A stretch of DNA of 63,403 nt, filler included, from Reticulomyxa filosa (lineage: Eukaryota; Protista; Foraminifera): assembly GCA_000512085.1 (NCBI GenBank). It is 22 parts of 22 records of this genome, joined end to end, with 100 filler letters (N's around TTAATTAATTAA, not from the genome) between each part and the next. Parts side by side here need not be neighbours in the genome. Positions count along the whole stretch, not along the records: positions 59,924 to 63,403 come from ASPP01007297.1; 21 more parts are not named here. One strand, given 5' to 3'. How positions within the stretch are numbered: the first letter of the stretch is position 1; each line of letters starts with the position of its first letter. A model generated the notes under the pieces. It had not been told where the DNA came from and ran no database searches. It saw only the letters and a program-made list of their open reading frames with translations. Below are positions 62,834-63,403 of the stretch, piece by piece. The position numbers and the translations under genes are program-made.

Positions 62834-63249
62834 TCAAACCAGGTACTGTGAGGAAGGAGGAAGGGGATCAGTATCAGTAGTTTTAATTCGCGCTTTGACT
62901 TGAGTGATTTTTTCTAAAGCACGGATCCAATCCGCTCTTTTTTTTGATCCGTGCACTCGAAACACCAAATGCGTTGCGGAGTGACAACTTCAAACTTGGC
63001 AGAGCCAATAATATAAATGGATTGCGTCATGCTGAGATCAGCCGTGCCTCGAGCATTTTTGGGTTTGTCGTCGACATAATAGTACAATCGTTTATCTTCG
63101 TACAATACACACCACCGATTTTTCCAAGACTTTAAAAACTTTTCGCCTTGTTTTTTCAGCCACCCTTCCATTACCGGAAAGCGATTTTTCGCGCCTTCAC
63201 CATTTTCTATCTGCTGTTTTGCTGTAGGCGATACGGTAACAGTGGACAT
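62834..63249 (-). CDS. Pleckstrin homology (PH) domain protein, with an apparent frameshift in the T8 run at 62938-62945
   Basis: MEGWLKKQGEKFLKSWKNRWCVL...LYYY...FEVVTPQRIWCF. One extra A restores the conserved terminal helix RADWIRALEK, ending at TGA 62834-62836. Confidence 0.88.
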
Positions 63250-63366
63250 AAGCTATGTGAGAGCATGGATAACAACATATTCAAAGTGGTTTTGTGAATA
63301 TTTAAATAAGTGACCCCCATACACATATACATATACATACTGAACAACAAACGTATACAAACAAAT

Positions 63367-63403
<37 letters not shown>

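Overview
This is not a contiguous locus. It is a concatenation of 22 short contigs of an AT-rich, intron-containing eukaryote, joined by 21 identical artificial 100-nt spacers (44 N + TTAATTAATTAA + 44 N), so neighbourhoods across spacers mean nothing. The WD40 and RING/TRAF-like repeat families strongly resemble the foraminiferan Reticulomyxa filosa (inference from recalled family motifs, no search run). Recognisable genes, most of them partial: TauE/SafE transporter, UBR-box N-recognin, ET-domain protein, RING-H2 ligase, APC transporter, Vps39-like 3' exon, mitochondrial GrpE, Ser/Thr kinase, Asteroid/FAM120-type PIN protein, histidine phosphatase, ATG6, ACSS3/PrpE-type ligase, PEX14, Fuseless-like membrane protein, three WD40 paralogs, TIM10 and a PH-domain protein. 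There is also a Tc1 transposase remnant and several decayed genes, including a disrupted ciliary CCDC113/CFAP263. Best novelty candidates: (1) a head-to-head pair of OAS-like nucleotidyltransferase-fold genes that share a degenerate catalytic motif (47405-48485); (2) introns with T-rich 5' ends and A-rich 3' ends instead of a polypyrimidine tract; (3) an E-x-E ADP-ribosyltransferase-like domain followed by a CUE-like segment. All family calls come from motif recognition by eye.
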